A stretch of DNA of 64,000 bases. It comes from Mobula hypostoma. Its lineage: Eukaryota. The DNA is taken from NCBI RefSeq assembly GCF_963921235.1, contig NC_086108.1, forward strand, positions 6,758,001 to 6,822,000, written 5' to 3'. Positions within the stretch are counted from its first letter, which is position 1. Every line of letters begins with the position of its first letter. The position numbers and the translations under genes were made by a program. Below, piece by piece: positions 39,655-51,730 of this stretch. The notes under the pieces are model-generated. The model had not been told where the DNA came from. It saw nothing but the letters and a program-made list of their open reading frames with translations, and did no database searches.

Positions 39655-39935
39655 TTTATTTTTTATTGTGATATGGCATGGATGTGCCCTTCCGGCCCTT
39701 CAAGCCGTGCCACCCAGCAATCCCCTGAGTTAACCTGAGCCTAATCACGGGACAATTTACACTGACCAATTAACCTACCAACCAGTCAGTCTTTGGACTG
39801 TGGGAGGAAACTGGAGCACCCGGAGGCAGCCCACACGATCATGAAAAGAACGTACAAACTCCTTACAGGCAGCAGCGGGAATTGGACCGGGGTTTCCTGT
39901 ACTGTAAAGCGTTGTGCTGACCACTACGCTACCAT
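39655..39935 (-). mobile_element. HE1-like V-SINE
   Basis: Reverse complement of the 14053 consensus. Confidence 0.8.
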
Positions 39936-41048
39936 GTATTTTGAACTTTGGTGGTGGGTGGGGGACTTGGTCTCGTAGCTCGGCCACACTGAGGTACCCA
40001 TTCTGCGTTTGGAGATGGTTGGTATTTTGCTCAATTTATTTATTTCACAATTTTATGATGGTTGATGTCCATACTGTTTTGAATTTTACCAATTCTAAAA
40101 TATCTTTACCACTGTTGTTCAAAGATATGAACTAAAACTAATTATTTTTTGTAAGCTGTAACTCCTCTGGTGTTCAGACGTTGAGGAAGTGTTCCAAATT
40201 TCTGCTAAACTGTGGAAATACATTCTGAGCTGGGGCTTTGAGAATAAGCCTGTTGTATTTTATTAACTCAGCTGGATAAGAGCAAAAAAAATCCCACAAT
40301 CACAGCAATACATACTTTACTAAGTTTGGCTTTGAAAAGTGTACTGCCCCAAGATTGAGGCCGCCATCGGTCAGGGTCGACTGAATATTGTGTCCTAGCT
40401 GACTGGATATGCAAGTCTGGGCAGTACGATAATGCAAGAGCAAGCTGTTGCCCATGTAGCAAGCTCCCCCTCTCCAGGCATCTGATGATCCCAAAGGCAC
40501 CTGTGACATCGCAGGAGTTGCCAGTCAGCATTGAACAAAACGTAGGACTGCTTTAGTGGTTCCAGATCTGGATTTTCCCTTGGGGTTTTCTCCCAAACTC
40601 TTCCCCACGAGTGGATATAGACGCAAGGCAGCAGAGGTTTGAGATTAGAGTTTTCCCTCTTCTAGATGAACTGCTGATCTCAGCTGACGAGCCCCATTTG
40701 CCTGATACAACTGGTTTTAAGGTGCCAGTAACCCACCTTTCCCCCTTCTGTCAGTAGCAACGGTTCTGCTGGGCTTAGTAGCTAAGCACCATGTGAAGGC
40801 CAGGAATGGCACTTGGTTGTGAGAGGGTATTTGAGGTGCACGCCATTGAGAGCATTTCATAGATCCTGGGAGCTTAACTCCATTTCCACCCCTGGCTATG
40901 GCAGCTTCAAGATTAGATTGAGCTTTATTTGTATAAAATCCTTTAAATGCATTTAACAGGAATTCTGCAGATGTTGGAAATTCAAGCAACACACATCAAA
41001 GTTGCTGGTGAACGCAGCAGGCCAGGCAGCATCTCTAGGAAGAGGTAT

Positions 41049-41084
41049 AGTCGATGTTTCGGGCCAAGACCCTTCGTCAGGACT
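41049..41084 (-). ncRNA. Minimal type I hammerhead motif with CpG-decayed stem III
   Basis: Reverse complement: agtc CTGACGA agggtcttggccc GAAA ca TC gact. Confidence 0.7.
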
Positions 41085-41513
41085 AACTGAAGGAAGAGTT
41101 AGTAAGAGATTTGAAAGTGGGAGGGGGAAGGGGAGATCCAAAATGACAGGAGAAGACAGGAGGGGGAGGGATGGAGCCAAGAGCTGGACAGGTGATTGGC
41201 AAAAGGGATATGAGAAGATCATGGGACAGGAGGTCCGGGGAGAAAGAAAAGGGGGGGGGGGGGAAACCAGAGGATGGGCAAGGATGATTCTCCCTCTGTC
41301 CCTCTGACTACACCCCTTGCCCATCCTCTGGTTACCCCCCCCCCACCTTGTCTTTCTTCCCGGACCTCCTGTCCCATGATCCTCTCGTATCCCTTTTGCC
41401 AATCACCTGTCCAGCTCTTGGCTCCATCCCTCCCCCTCCTGTCTTCTCCTATCATTTTGGATCTCCCCCTCCCCCTCCCACTTTCAAATCTCTTACTCAC
41501 TCTTCCTTCAGTT

Positions 41514-41549
41514 AGTCCTGACGAAGGGTCTCGGCCTGAAACGTCGACT
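41514..41549 (+). ncRNA. Minimal type I hammerhead ribozyme, intact core
   Basis: agtc (stem I) CTGACGA agg-gtctcgg-cct (stem II) GAAA cg TC gact (stem I'). Predicted cleavage after C41545. Palindromic ACGT stem III implies dimeric folding. Confidence 0.8.
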
Positions 41550-42354
41550 GTACCTCTTCCTAGAGATGCTGCCTGGCCTGCTGTGTTCACCAGCAACTTT
41601 GATGTGTGTTGCTTTAAATGCATTTACTATGTTTCAGCATCATCTTGAAAATAAGGTCCAACATTTGGTCTTTTAAAAATTTCCCTGCAAGGCTTCAGTG
41701 TCGATATTCGTATTCCAGTCTCTCTCCACTCTCTTGTGTTTCTACATTCTTAATATTGAGAAAATGATTATCACTTCTGGTGGCATTGGATGACTTCAAC
41801 TTGTCCACATTGAACTGTCTTCATCACAATTTTAATCAGCTACTTAGTCAAATTGTAATCATGTGCTTGACGAATTGTTGATAAAAAATGACTTGTTATT
41901 CCTGTCTTTTCCGGAATGTTGCAATTTACTTTTGGTTTGAGGTGGGGCTGTGGGGGAGAATTCTTTCCCTTGAACTTAATTGCTACTTGGTGGGTACAGT
42001 ATAAACAAGTAACTTCTGACATGGTGAATGCATAGACATTGCTATTGTACTAATATTTTGCGAAGGGTGCATTTCTTAACTATTTAAAACATTGTTAAAC
42101 CTTGTGTCTCCTGAAAACTGCTTCATGACATGGGTGGCGGGCTAGTGCAAAAACCACATGGTGCACTGGATGCTTAAATTCAGTCCATGATCTCATCATC
42201 CGAGAATGCTGTAACCGGGATTGTTATGACTGGAAGTCATGAAATGAGCAAATTTGCTGGGGAGCTGGCTGACTGTAGCATTGAAGAAAAAGACCTTGTT
42301 AAGAACTTGCTACTAATTTCTATTTTAAAAATGAGAGACCTTCATCAGTTTGTT

Positions 42355-42610
42355 TTTAATTTTATTGAGATACAGTGCAGAGTAGGCCTTACTAGTCCAA
42401 TGAGTCGCTCTGCCCAGCAATCCTAGCCTAATCATGGGACAACTTACAATGAGCAATTAACTGACCAACTGGTATGTCTTTGGACTGTGGGAGGAAACTG
42501 GGGCACCTGGAGGAACCCCAGAATGTACAAACTCCTTACAAGGCAGTGGTGGAAATTGAATCTGTGTGACCTGTACCGTAAAGCGTTGTGCTTACCACTA
42601 CGCTACCATG
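42355..42610 (-). mobile_element. HE1-like V-SINE
   Basis: Reverse complement of the 14053 consensus. Confidence 0.75.
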
Positions 42611-42649
42611 ACACAATTCATCTGAATTGATTGTGGATATTTACAGAGC

Positions 42650-43900
42650 ACCAGACACAATACTGGAGGAACTCAGCAGGTCAGGTGGCTTGTATGAAAA
42701 TGAATAAGCGGTTGACATTTCGAGCTGAGATCATTCTTCAAGACTGTAAAGGAAGGGGGAAGATGCCAGTGTCAGAAGGTGGGGTGGGGAGAAGCTAGAA
42801 GATGACAGGTGAAGCTAGTTATATGGTGAGAGGGGGGATTGAAGTAAGAATCTAGGAGGTAATTGGCAGAAAAGTTAAAGGGCTGGAGAAGAAGGAATCT
42901 GACAGGAGAGGAGTGGACCATGGGAGAAAGGGAAGGAGGAGGGTTACCAAGAGGCAGGTGAGGAGAAGAGGTAAGAGGCCAGAGTGGAGGATTGAAGAAG
43001 GGGAAGGGGGAATATAATTACTGGAAGTTGGAGTAATCTGATGTTCACGCCATCAGGTTGGAGGCTACCTAGCTGGAATATGAGGTGTTGCTCCTACAAC
43101 CTGAGAGTGGCATGAGTGTGGCAGAAGAGGAACCCATGGACTGATTGTTGGAATGTGGGTAGTAATTAAAATGGTTGAATCCAGGCAGTCCTACTTTTTG
43201 TGGATGGAGCAGAGGTGCTTGATAAAGTGGTACCCCAGTCTATGTCAGTTCTCACCAATATAGAGGAGGCTGCATTGGGAGCACCAGATAGAGTAGATTC
43301 ACAGGGGAAGTGTTGCTTCATCTGCAAGGACTATTTGGGGCCCTGAATAGAGGTGAACAGGCTGGTGTAGCACTTTAGCTGCTTGCAGGGATTAGTGGGG
43401 AGGGGCAAATGGACAAGAGAATCGCAGAGGGAGCAATCCCTGTGAAAAGTGGAGGGAGGGGAGGTAACGATGTGATGGCAGAAGTTCCAGAGAAAGAAGT
43501 GTGGATGCAGAGGCTTATGGGGTGGTAGGTGAGGACAAGAGGAACTCTATCCCTGTAAGGCATCAGGAGGATGGGGTGAGTGTGGATGCCTGGGAAATGA
43601 GATGCAGGTGAGGCAGCATCAATGATGGAGGAAGGGAAACTGTGTTCTTTGAGGCAGGAGGACATCTCTGTCATGGAAAGAAAAGCCTCATCATGGGAAC
43701 AGATGCGGCAAGGACGAAGGAACTGAGAAAGAGAATGCCATTTTTACAGGAGACAGGGTGGGAAAAGGTATTGTCAAGGTAGCTGTGGGAATGGGTTGAT
43801 ATATAAAGGAAATCAGTAGACAGTTTTATCTCCAGAGATGCAGACAGTAAGATAGACAAAAGGGAGAGACGTGTCCAAAGTGGACCAAGTGAATTTAGGG
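42650..43900 (-). mobile_element. Penelope-like element 3' part (RT thumb, GIY-YIG region, pLTR), degraded
   Basis: LSTDFLYISTHSHSYLDNTFSHPVSCKNGI; EMSSCLKEHSFPSSIIDAA; RDRVPLVLTYHP. Ends in a degenerate hammerhead (about 42710-42745) and the shared tail. Confidence 0.85.
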
Positions 43901-44082
43901 ATGACTCTATCTCTCATTGACTTGGAATTTGAGATTCTTCGACATGGTTTATAGGCACTTGAATATGATGTAGTGTTGTTTTGCAGTTCTCAGAGCAATT
44001 CATTGTAAACTCTTAGGGATGTGTTTTTTTTCTGTTGCTGTAACGAATAGTTAACAATGTAAGTCACTACTGGTTCTAATTA

Positions 44083-44680
44083 CACTAGACAACGAATTTT
44101 TCCGAAAATGTTTCTTCCTCAGAATTTTTTGTTTATGATAAGCCGCTTGAAGCTGAACACAAATATAATTTCAGACTTCTTGTATCATGTAGGAATTTGG
44201 AAAAACAAGAATTTAACTTTTATTCAATGTAATGCATTTAATTGCATAACGGTGATGATGCTTTGCATTAGTTCAACTGAGCTAAAAATGTTGATGACTT
44301 TTGTTCATACTCGGTGTCTGAAGCTTTTCACTTAAGTGTCCAACAATAATCAGCCAGCATTAATGGATTCCAGTTGCCCTGATACTGTTTCTCCATGTCC
44401 GCAATGTCCTGGTGGAACCTTTCGCCATGCACGTCACTGATGGCGCCAAGATTTGCAGAGACGTCCAAATGGGAATGCAGGAAATGAATCTTTAGTGACA
44501 TGTTGCATTCATGGTTTTTGTATGCTTGAAGCATGTTGTCAACCAGCTGCATGTAGTTTGGTGCTCTATAGTTGCCAAGAAAATTTTCAACAAAATCCTT
44601 GAATGCCTTCCATGTGATTTTTCTCTGGTCCCACTAGGCAGTATTTCGAATTGCCTGTCATTGATGACCTGTTTGATTTG
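44083..44680 (-). mobile_element. CMC-Chapaev3 transposon remnant (3' end)
   Basis: ORF 44328-44552: NMSLKIHFLHSHLDVSANLGAISDVHGERFHQDIADMEKQYQGNWNPLMLADYCWTLK. TIR cactagacaac at 44083. Confidence 0.88.
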
Positions 44681-44984
44681 CTTGAGCATGTTGACAACCA
44701 GCTGCAATAATTATTGACTCTATAATCACTGGCTCCCTTGAAAGGTTTCTTGCTGTAACTGAAGTGAAGGAGCTGCTTTTACATCTAGATGCAGATGTAA
44801 ATGCATGTTATATTGCTCTCTGCAATTGGAATCCACAGGATGATAAATAGGCCACTTCTAACTAATCCCTTGTTTCTTTTGTCCACTTGCCATGCTTGGC
44901 AGCACACCTAATGTTTTGCTCTGCAACAAAAAAAATGAAACTGTTTTAAAGTAATTATTGACTGAAATTTAAATCAACGTCTTA

Positions 44985-45510
44985 CCTTCTCCTCTTGTGC
45001 CAAGATGAGGCCACCCTCAGGGTGGAGGAGCAACACCTTCTATTCACAAAATAATCTGCAGACGCTGGGGTCAAAGCAACACTCACAACACGCTGGAGGA
45101 ACTCAGCAGGTTGGGCAGCATCCGTGGTAAAGATCGGTCGACGTTTCAGGCTGAAACCCTTCGTCCTGACACCTGTGAACACCTTATATTCTGTCTGAAT
45201 GGCCTCCAAACGATGCCATGAATATTAATTTCTCCATCTGGGAAACAAATTCCTCCTCTTCCCCCTCCCCCCCCAGCCTTTCTTTTCTCCACTCTGACCT
45301 TTTACTTCTTCTCACCTGCCTACCACTTCCTCCCAGGTCCCCCTGTCTTATCTGGCTCCTATCAGATTCCTTCTTCTCTAGCACTTGACCTTTCCCACCC
45401 ACCTGGCTTCACCAATCACCTTCCAGCTAGCCTCCTCGCCCCCACCTTTTTATTCCAGCGTTTTCCCTGTGTGTTCCTCTAGATTTCCAACATATGCAGA
45501 CTCTCTTGTA
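44985..45510 (+). mobile_element. Penelope-like 3' fragment carrying a nested minus-strand pLTR piece (about 45046-45178)
   Basis: EATLRVEEQHL coding remnant. Duplicated aacacctt(c/a)tattc flanks the insert. Confidence 0.75.
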
Positions 45511-45964
45511 TTTATTATTATGTTCCTTGTTCTGAACTTATTTTTGAATTCAGTGGCCTTTTGTGGCCATTAGATATTTTGAATCCACATGCCAATATAT
45601 CGATCCTTGTAGAATAACAGCTGCTACTATTTCCTAAAATCAGGGGCTGCAGGAATGGGTGCTCATACTGGACACTCATACAGTGGGCACCACTATTACA
45701 GCTTTTGGTATCAGAGTTCAGAGTTTAGTTCCGATGTTTATGGATTTTTGTCTTCAATTAAACTCAATTCAACTGCTCAATAAAGTAGATTAGATTAAAT
45801 TAAATTAAATTAAATTCATTTCAATTCAACTGCCTATCTTTAACTCAAGGGATTCACCACTCTCCATATTTCTTTTCCCCCTTATTTGTATTTTGTAGGC
45901 ATCAAAGTTGTGACTTTCCTAATCTACCAGCACCATAGATCAAGAGACAAGTGGTATAATAAGA

Positions 45965-46300
45965 GGGCACAGTAGCATAGTGGTTAGCACGGGACTTTAC
46001 AGTACAGGTGCCTGGGTTCAATCCCCATTACCGACTGTGAGGAGTTTGTACGTTCTACCCCATGACCGTGTGGATTTCCTCTGGGTGCTCAAGCTTCCTA
46101 TCATAGTCCAAAGATGGACCAGTTGGTAGATTATTTGGTCATTGTAAATTGTCCCGTGATTAGGCTAAGGATGAAATCAGAGGATTGCTGGGCGGTGTGG
46201 CTCGAAGGGCCCATTCTACGCCTCATCTCAATAAGTAGGTGGTTCGCTGAGCAGTGTGGCTCTTTGGGCCAGACGAGTCTGTTCTGAGCCGTATCTATTG
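45965..46300 (+). mobile_element. HE1-like V-SINE with duplicated tail
   Basis: Head gggcacagtagcatagtggttagc...gggttcaatccc, V-domain, then two tail copies. Confidence 0.8.
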
Positions 46301-47379
46301 AGGAAGTTGGACTTCCCCAATCTCTGATCTTTCTTGACCAGGCTTTGATCTTAGTTCCCCTTTGTCAGATCATTGTGAAAGGCAAACATTTCCTCTAACA
46401 CCTTTTCTCCTCCCCATCTCGTCTTTTTGACACCCAATACATTTATGGATTTTTTTTTACCAACAATTATGCTCAATTCAACTGCCCAATAAATTAGATT
46501 AAGTTCAATTCAATTTACTTCCTCCCTGATGGTGGGAATAAGAAGAGGGCATGTGTCCTGGGTGATGGGGGATCTGTAATGATGGATACTGCCTTATTGA
46601 GGCATTGCTCCTTGATATCCTGGATACTATGGAGGCTAGTGCCCATAATGGAGCTGACTGAGAGTACATGAATCTTCCTTCATCGTGTCATTAGCTTCCT
46701 CTTGTTCTTCACTACTGTCAGTCATGCAAGTTCTGGGTGAAGACTCGGAATATCGTCGTACTCAGAGGTCGAAGGATTCTTCATTGCTGTTTCTGTGATT
46801 TTCTTTTTGACCAGTCAGGGTTGTTAGTCCTGAGCTGACCCCTCAAACCCGGAGGGCCAGCGGACTACTCTTAATCTGCCTTCTGCCCTTTGACCTGTTT
46901 GGAATGCGTGACCTTACCAAGAGCCAAAGCACAAGGCCAGCCAGCATAGCTCTCCGTGTCATTGTGGCATTCAGGTCTTCAAACCCTACGATAAGGTTGT
47001 GGACCTTCTGGAAGATTAATATCTGGTGTAGTCACCATGCATTAAAAATATTTATCTCCAAAATATGTATATAATATGCAACCTTGAGATTCGTCTCCTT
47101 ACAGCAGCCATAAAGCAAAGCCACCAAATTGTACCCATTCTGGAAAAAACCATAGAACACCCAGTGTGCAAAAAAAAACAAATCTTGCAAACAATAAAAG
47201 CAACCAACTAGCATTCAGAAATGAACACAAAATAGATTTTAGTGTCTGTCTCACAAAATTTCAAACTTTTGAATGAGGCATATTAACTTCAGGTAGCTGG
47301 CAATGCACCAGATAGAGCATACTGATCAAAACATTGACTTCATTGTCCAAGTTGCTTAGGTAGAAATCATTGTCCTTGA

Positions 47380-47885
47380 GGAGATTTGGTATATCACCTG
47401 AAACACCTGCTAATTTCTGCCATGGAGAGCATACTGACTGGCTGCATCACTGTTTGGTATCGGGGGTGAGCGGGTACGGCACAGGGTCAAAGTAAGCTGC
47501 AGAGAGTTGTAAACTTAGTCATCTCCATCATGGACATTAGCCTCTGAAGTATCCAAGACATGTTTAAGGAGCACTGCCTCAAAAATGTGGCATCCATCAT
47601 TAAGGACCTCCATTACCCAGGATGTGCTCTCTTCTCATTGCTATGATCAGGGAGGATTCAGGGACAGCTTTTTCCCCCACTGCCATCTGATTTCTGAATG
47701 GACATTGAACCCAGGAGCACCATCTCACTACCTTAATTTCTGTTTTCGTACTGCTTAGATTATTTAACTATTTAATATACATATATATAGTTAATGTACT
47801 TCAGTTTTTTCTCTATATTACCATGTATTGTACTGCTGCCACAAATATCACAATATATGCTGGTGATATTGAAAGTGATTCTGAC
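47380..47885 (+). mobile_element. Rex-Babar-type LINE 3' fragment
   Basis: LRRFGISPETPANF..ESILTGCITVWY... with tail gattctgact. Confidence 0.75.
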
Positions 47886-49127
47886 TCTGTAATCTGGAAA
47901 ATGGGTAGGATACAGCAGGGAAGTATTCTTAATTTTCATGTGTATTTCTTAGCATGCCTTGCTGTTTCTGATGTAGGATGGTCTTCTTCAACATCTGTTC
48001 AAAGACCTGTTGTATGTTGTAAGCTTTGTCACATCTGGCATTTTCTTAATTCTTTCTGGAAACTAGTGGAGGCACTGGTAGATCTGATTTAACAGTTATG
48101 ATGTATGTAATTGCTACCATCTTTCCAGCAGCTAAGTGTTCTCTGTGTTATACGAGATTGGTACTGACCTGAAAGCAATTACCTTAGATTTTAGTTGGCA
48201 GTTCTAGCCAAAAAAATCGACTTCTGTAGCACTGTACAGAGACTGTGTATAGGATTAAAATAATTTGCGAAAGTTGTTGATCTGAGTTAAATATTCCACA
48301 AAACTGCAGATTCAATGGTTCCATTTAATATCAGAAAATGTATTCAGTATATAACCTCAAATTCTTGCTCTCTACACAACATCCACAAAATAGAGAGAAA
48401 CCCCCCCAAAAAAAATGACAGAAAGATGTTAGAATCGCAAAGCCTCTCCCCGTGCAAAAGCATCAAGCCTTCCCCCACCTGCCTCTGCAAAAGCAACAGC
48501 CCTCCCCCCCTCCCAACCTGACAAGCGAGCAATAGCAAAGCCCCCAAAGGGACCATGATTTAGAGTCCACCAAAAATCATTGTTCATTCCAACATGCCAC
48601 AGGTTCTCGCTCTCTGTCTCTAATAATGGTTAAATAAAGGTAGGGGGAAGAGAGGGAGTGAGAGGAGGAGACCTCCGGCAGCCGCACACACAGACTCCCT
48701 AGTTAAATGGGTTTACTATATGTATTTGAATAGAGCCTTTGTGCATTTGACTATAGTAAGTAAAATTAAAGTGGCATGAATGGTGAATGCTATCTGGTGG
48801 AAATATTTACATTGTGTGAAAGATTTATGGCATAATGCTTTCTCAATACTTGGGAAAACTAAATTGGTAAAATGTAATCATGCAATCACATTATTATTCT
48901 CTTCAGTATTAAAAGTTTTTTGTTTTGGGTCTGTAAAACCCGTTACGGTTTTAAAAAGAAGATCCAGTAAAACTCAATTTAAGTTGTATTGACCTGCTCT
49001 GTTGTAATGAACACCATATACTCATCTTCATTATTTATAGGCCAAATAACAGTTGGCTTTTGATATTCTTACAGTAAAAGATAAATCTGCTCTTTTTTTA
49101 AAAAAAAGTCCACGCCAAATCTGGAAA

Positions 49128-49380
49128 CATTTAATTTAATTTAATTTAATTTATTGAGATGTAGCGCAGAATAGGTCCTTCCAACCCTTAAAGCCACGCC
49201 ACTCAGCAATCCCCTGATTTAATCCTAGCCTAATCATGGAACAATTTACAATGGACAATGAACCTATCAACCAATATTTGGTCTGTGGGAATAAACTAGA
49301 GCACTCACGGGGAGAACGTACAAACTCCTTACAGGCAGCGACGGGAATTGAACCCAGGTTGCTGGTACTGTAAAGTGTTC
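49128..49380 (-). mobile_element. HE1-like V-SINE with (ttaat)n tail
   Basis: Reverse complement of the 14053 consensus. Confidence 0.75.
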
Positions 49381-49997
49381 TATTTTAAACGGACATATTC
49401 TTCTTTCATGAATATGGAAACTACATGCTCAGGTGATATGCTTGAGATGAAGATAGGAAAGATGCTGGGAGTTTTAATTCATTCCTAAAACAGTCTTTGC
49501 TAAGTGAAAGTGAATTGTGTGTAGTCTAATGTGTGAGATTAAACAAAGAAGATGAGTTTGTCGTTTATACCCCTGTGTTAAGATTGTATACGTCCAGAAA
49601 CTGCTGGGATGTGAAGGTTACTAAAGCAGATGTCCTTAACTGGGAAGTCAAACCAGGGACGGACATTCACAGTGAATGTTAGGGTCCTGGAGAGTGTTGT
49701 AGAGCCAAGGACCCAGGAGTACAAGTTACATAGTCCCCAGAATGTTCCAGGTATATTTAGATTGTGGTAAGAATTGCATTGTTCTGGGCCTAGAGCAGCA
49801 CACAGACCAAACTTCCTCTGAAAGACATCAGTGACCTATGCAGGTTTTCTAATAGTTTGCCTTGGAAATCGTGTCTTGAGATTACATTGTTATACTATCC
49901 CAGTACTGAATAACATGAGCTGTTTGAAGGCCATTTTCAAAGGTTTGCTTTGCGTACTACTGATCTGGGTGCTCAGCAAACTGATCTGTTCAGATTT

Positions 49998-51268
49998 ATC
50001 GACTATAGCTCAGCATTCAATACAATCATCTCTTTAAAACTAGTCAATAAGTTCCAAGATGTTGGCTTCAATACCTCATTGTGCAATTAGCACCTCAATT
50101 TCCTCACTTGTAGACCCCTGTCAGTTTGGACTGGCAACAACATCTCTTCCATAATTTCTGTCAGCACAGGTGCAGCACAAGACGACTGTGTGCCTAGTCT
50201 CTCACTCTACTCGCTTTATACTTATGACCAGAGAGGGCAAGCACAGCTTCAGTGCTTATTTTAGTTTGCTGATGACACCACTGCCATTGACTGAAACAAA
50301 GGTGGTGGCAAATCAGTATAGAGGAGGGAGATTGAAAACTTAGCATGTGGTGCCACAACAACCATCTCTTACTCAATGTCAGCAAGACCAAGGAGCTCCT
50401 GGCGAAGTGTTTCGGCTCGAAATGTTGACTACTTTTTTCCATAGATGCTGCCTGGCCTGCAGGGTTCCTCCAGCATTTTGTGTGTGTTGCTCGGATTTCC
50501 AGCATCTGCAGATTTTCTCTTGCAGAGGAGCTGATTATTTACTTCAGGAGGAGAAAGCCAGTCCTTATTGGGGGATCAGAGGTGGAGAGGGTCAGTAACT
50601 TTAAATTCCTTGGTGTTATCATTTCAAAGGATCTGTCCTGCCCAGCGCATAAGTTTTGTGAAGAAGGCACATCAACACTGCTACTTAGAAGTTTGCAAAA
50701 AATTGGCATGACGCCTAAAAATTTGACAAACTTCTGCAGATGTGTGTGGAGAGTATATTGACTGATTGTATCATATCCTGATTTGGAAACACCAATGTCC
50801 TTAAATGGAAAAGCCTACAAAAAATAGTGGAAGTGACCCAATCCATCATGAATAAAGCCCTCCCCACCATTAAGCACATTTACATGGAGTGTTGTCATAG
50901 CCTCCATCATCAGGGACCCCATCATCCAGGCCATGCTCTCTTCTTGCTGCTGCCATCAGGAACAAGGTACAGGAGCCCCAAGATCCACACCACCAGGTTC
51001 AGAAATAGTTATTACCCCTCAGCCATCAGCCTCTTGAACCAAAGGGGATAATTTCATTCAACTTCACTTGCCCCATCACTGAACTGTTCCCACAATCTTC
51101 TTTGAAGGACTCTTCATCTCATGTTCTCAATACTTATTGCTCATTTATCTAATATTATTTATTTCTCTGTATTTACTGTGAATGTCTGCAAGTAAATGAA
51201 TCTTAGGGTTGTAGATAGTGACATGCAAGTACTTTGATAACAAGTTTACTTTTGAACTTTGAACTTGA
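49998..51268 (+). mobile_element. Rex-Babar LINE (RT to 3' end), degraded, with a nested hammerhead-headed Penelope piece (about 50397-50525)
   Basis: IDYSSAFNTII..., FADD, LNVSKTKEL, VERVSNFKFLGVIISKDL, HHPGHALFLLLPSGTRYRS. TSD aggagct around the insert. Confidence 0.85.
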
Positions 51269-51559
51269 AGACAACCATGTGAAGCTAATTACATCAACCA
51301 TAATTGTACAGAATGGTGAGAACCTTGTTCCCATAAATACATAATGAAGGGCAGCTCCTGCTAGTGTTGCCCACATTAAGGAACAAATAGAAACCGTGGC
51401 TGTTATGACATTAACATAAAAATGAAATACATCCCCACCTCCCATGCCAATCTCTCTCTCTTCCGCCCCCCCCCACCCCCCAAGTTAATATCTGGGAAAT
51501 AATGCACAGTTCCTGTTGATTTGTTGATTTAAGTGTGGGTTACCACCTATATTACTTAA

Positions 51560-51730
<171 letters not shown>

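Larger units (their letters stand above)
40956..41611. mobile_element. Young fold-back Penelope-like insertion (two inverted pLTR arms of about 300 bp) with 15 bp TSD
   Basis: 40984-41283 is a near-perfect reverse complement of 41315-41614. ctttaaatgcattta at 40941-40955 and 41612-41626. Confidence 0.9.

Noticed and set aside
40953..41648. Four overlapping 101-149 aa ORFs that mirror each other on both strands
   Set aside because: A by-product of the inverted repeat in low-complexity pLTR sequence; no protein-like features.
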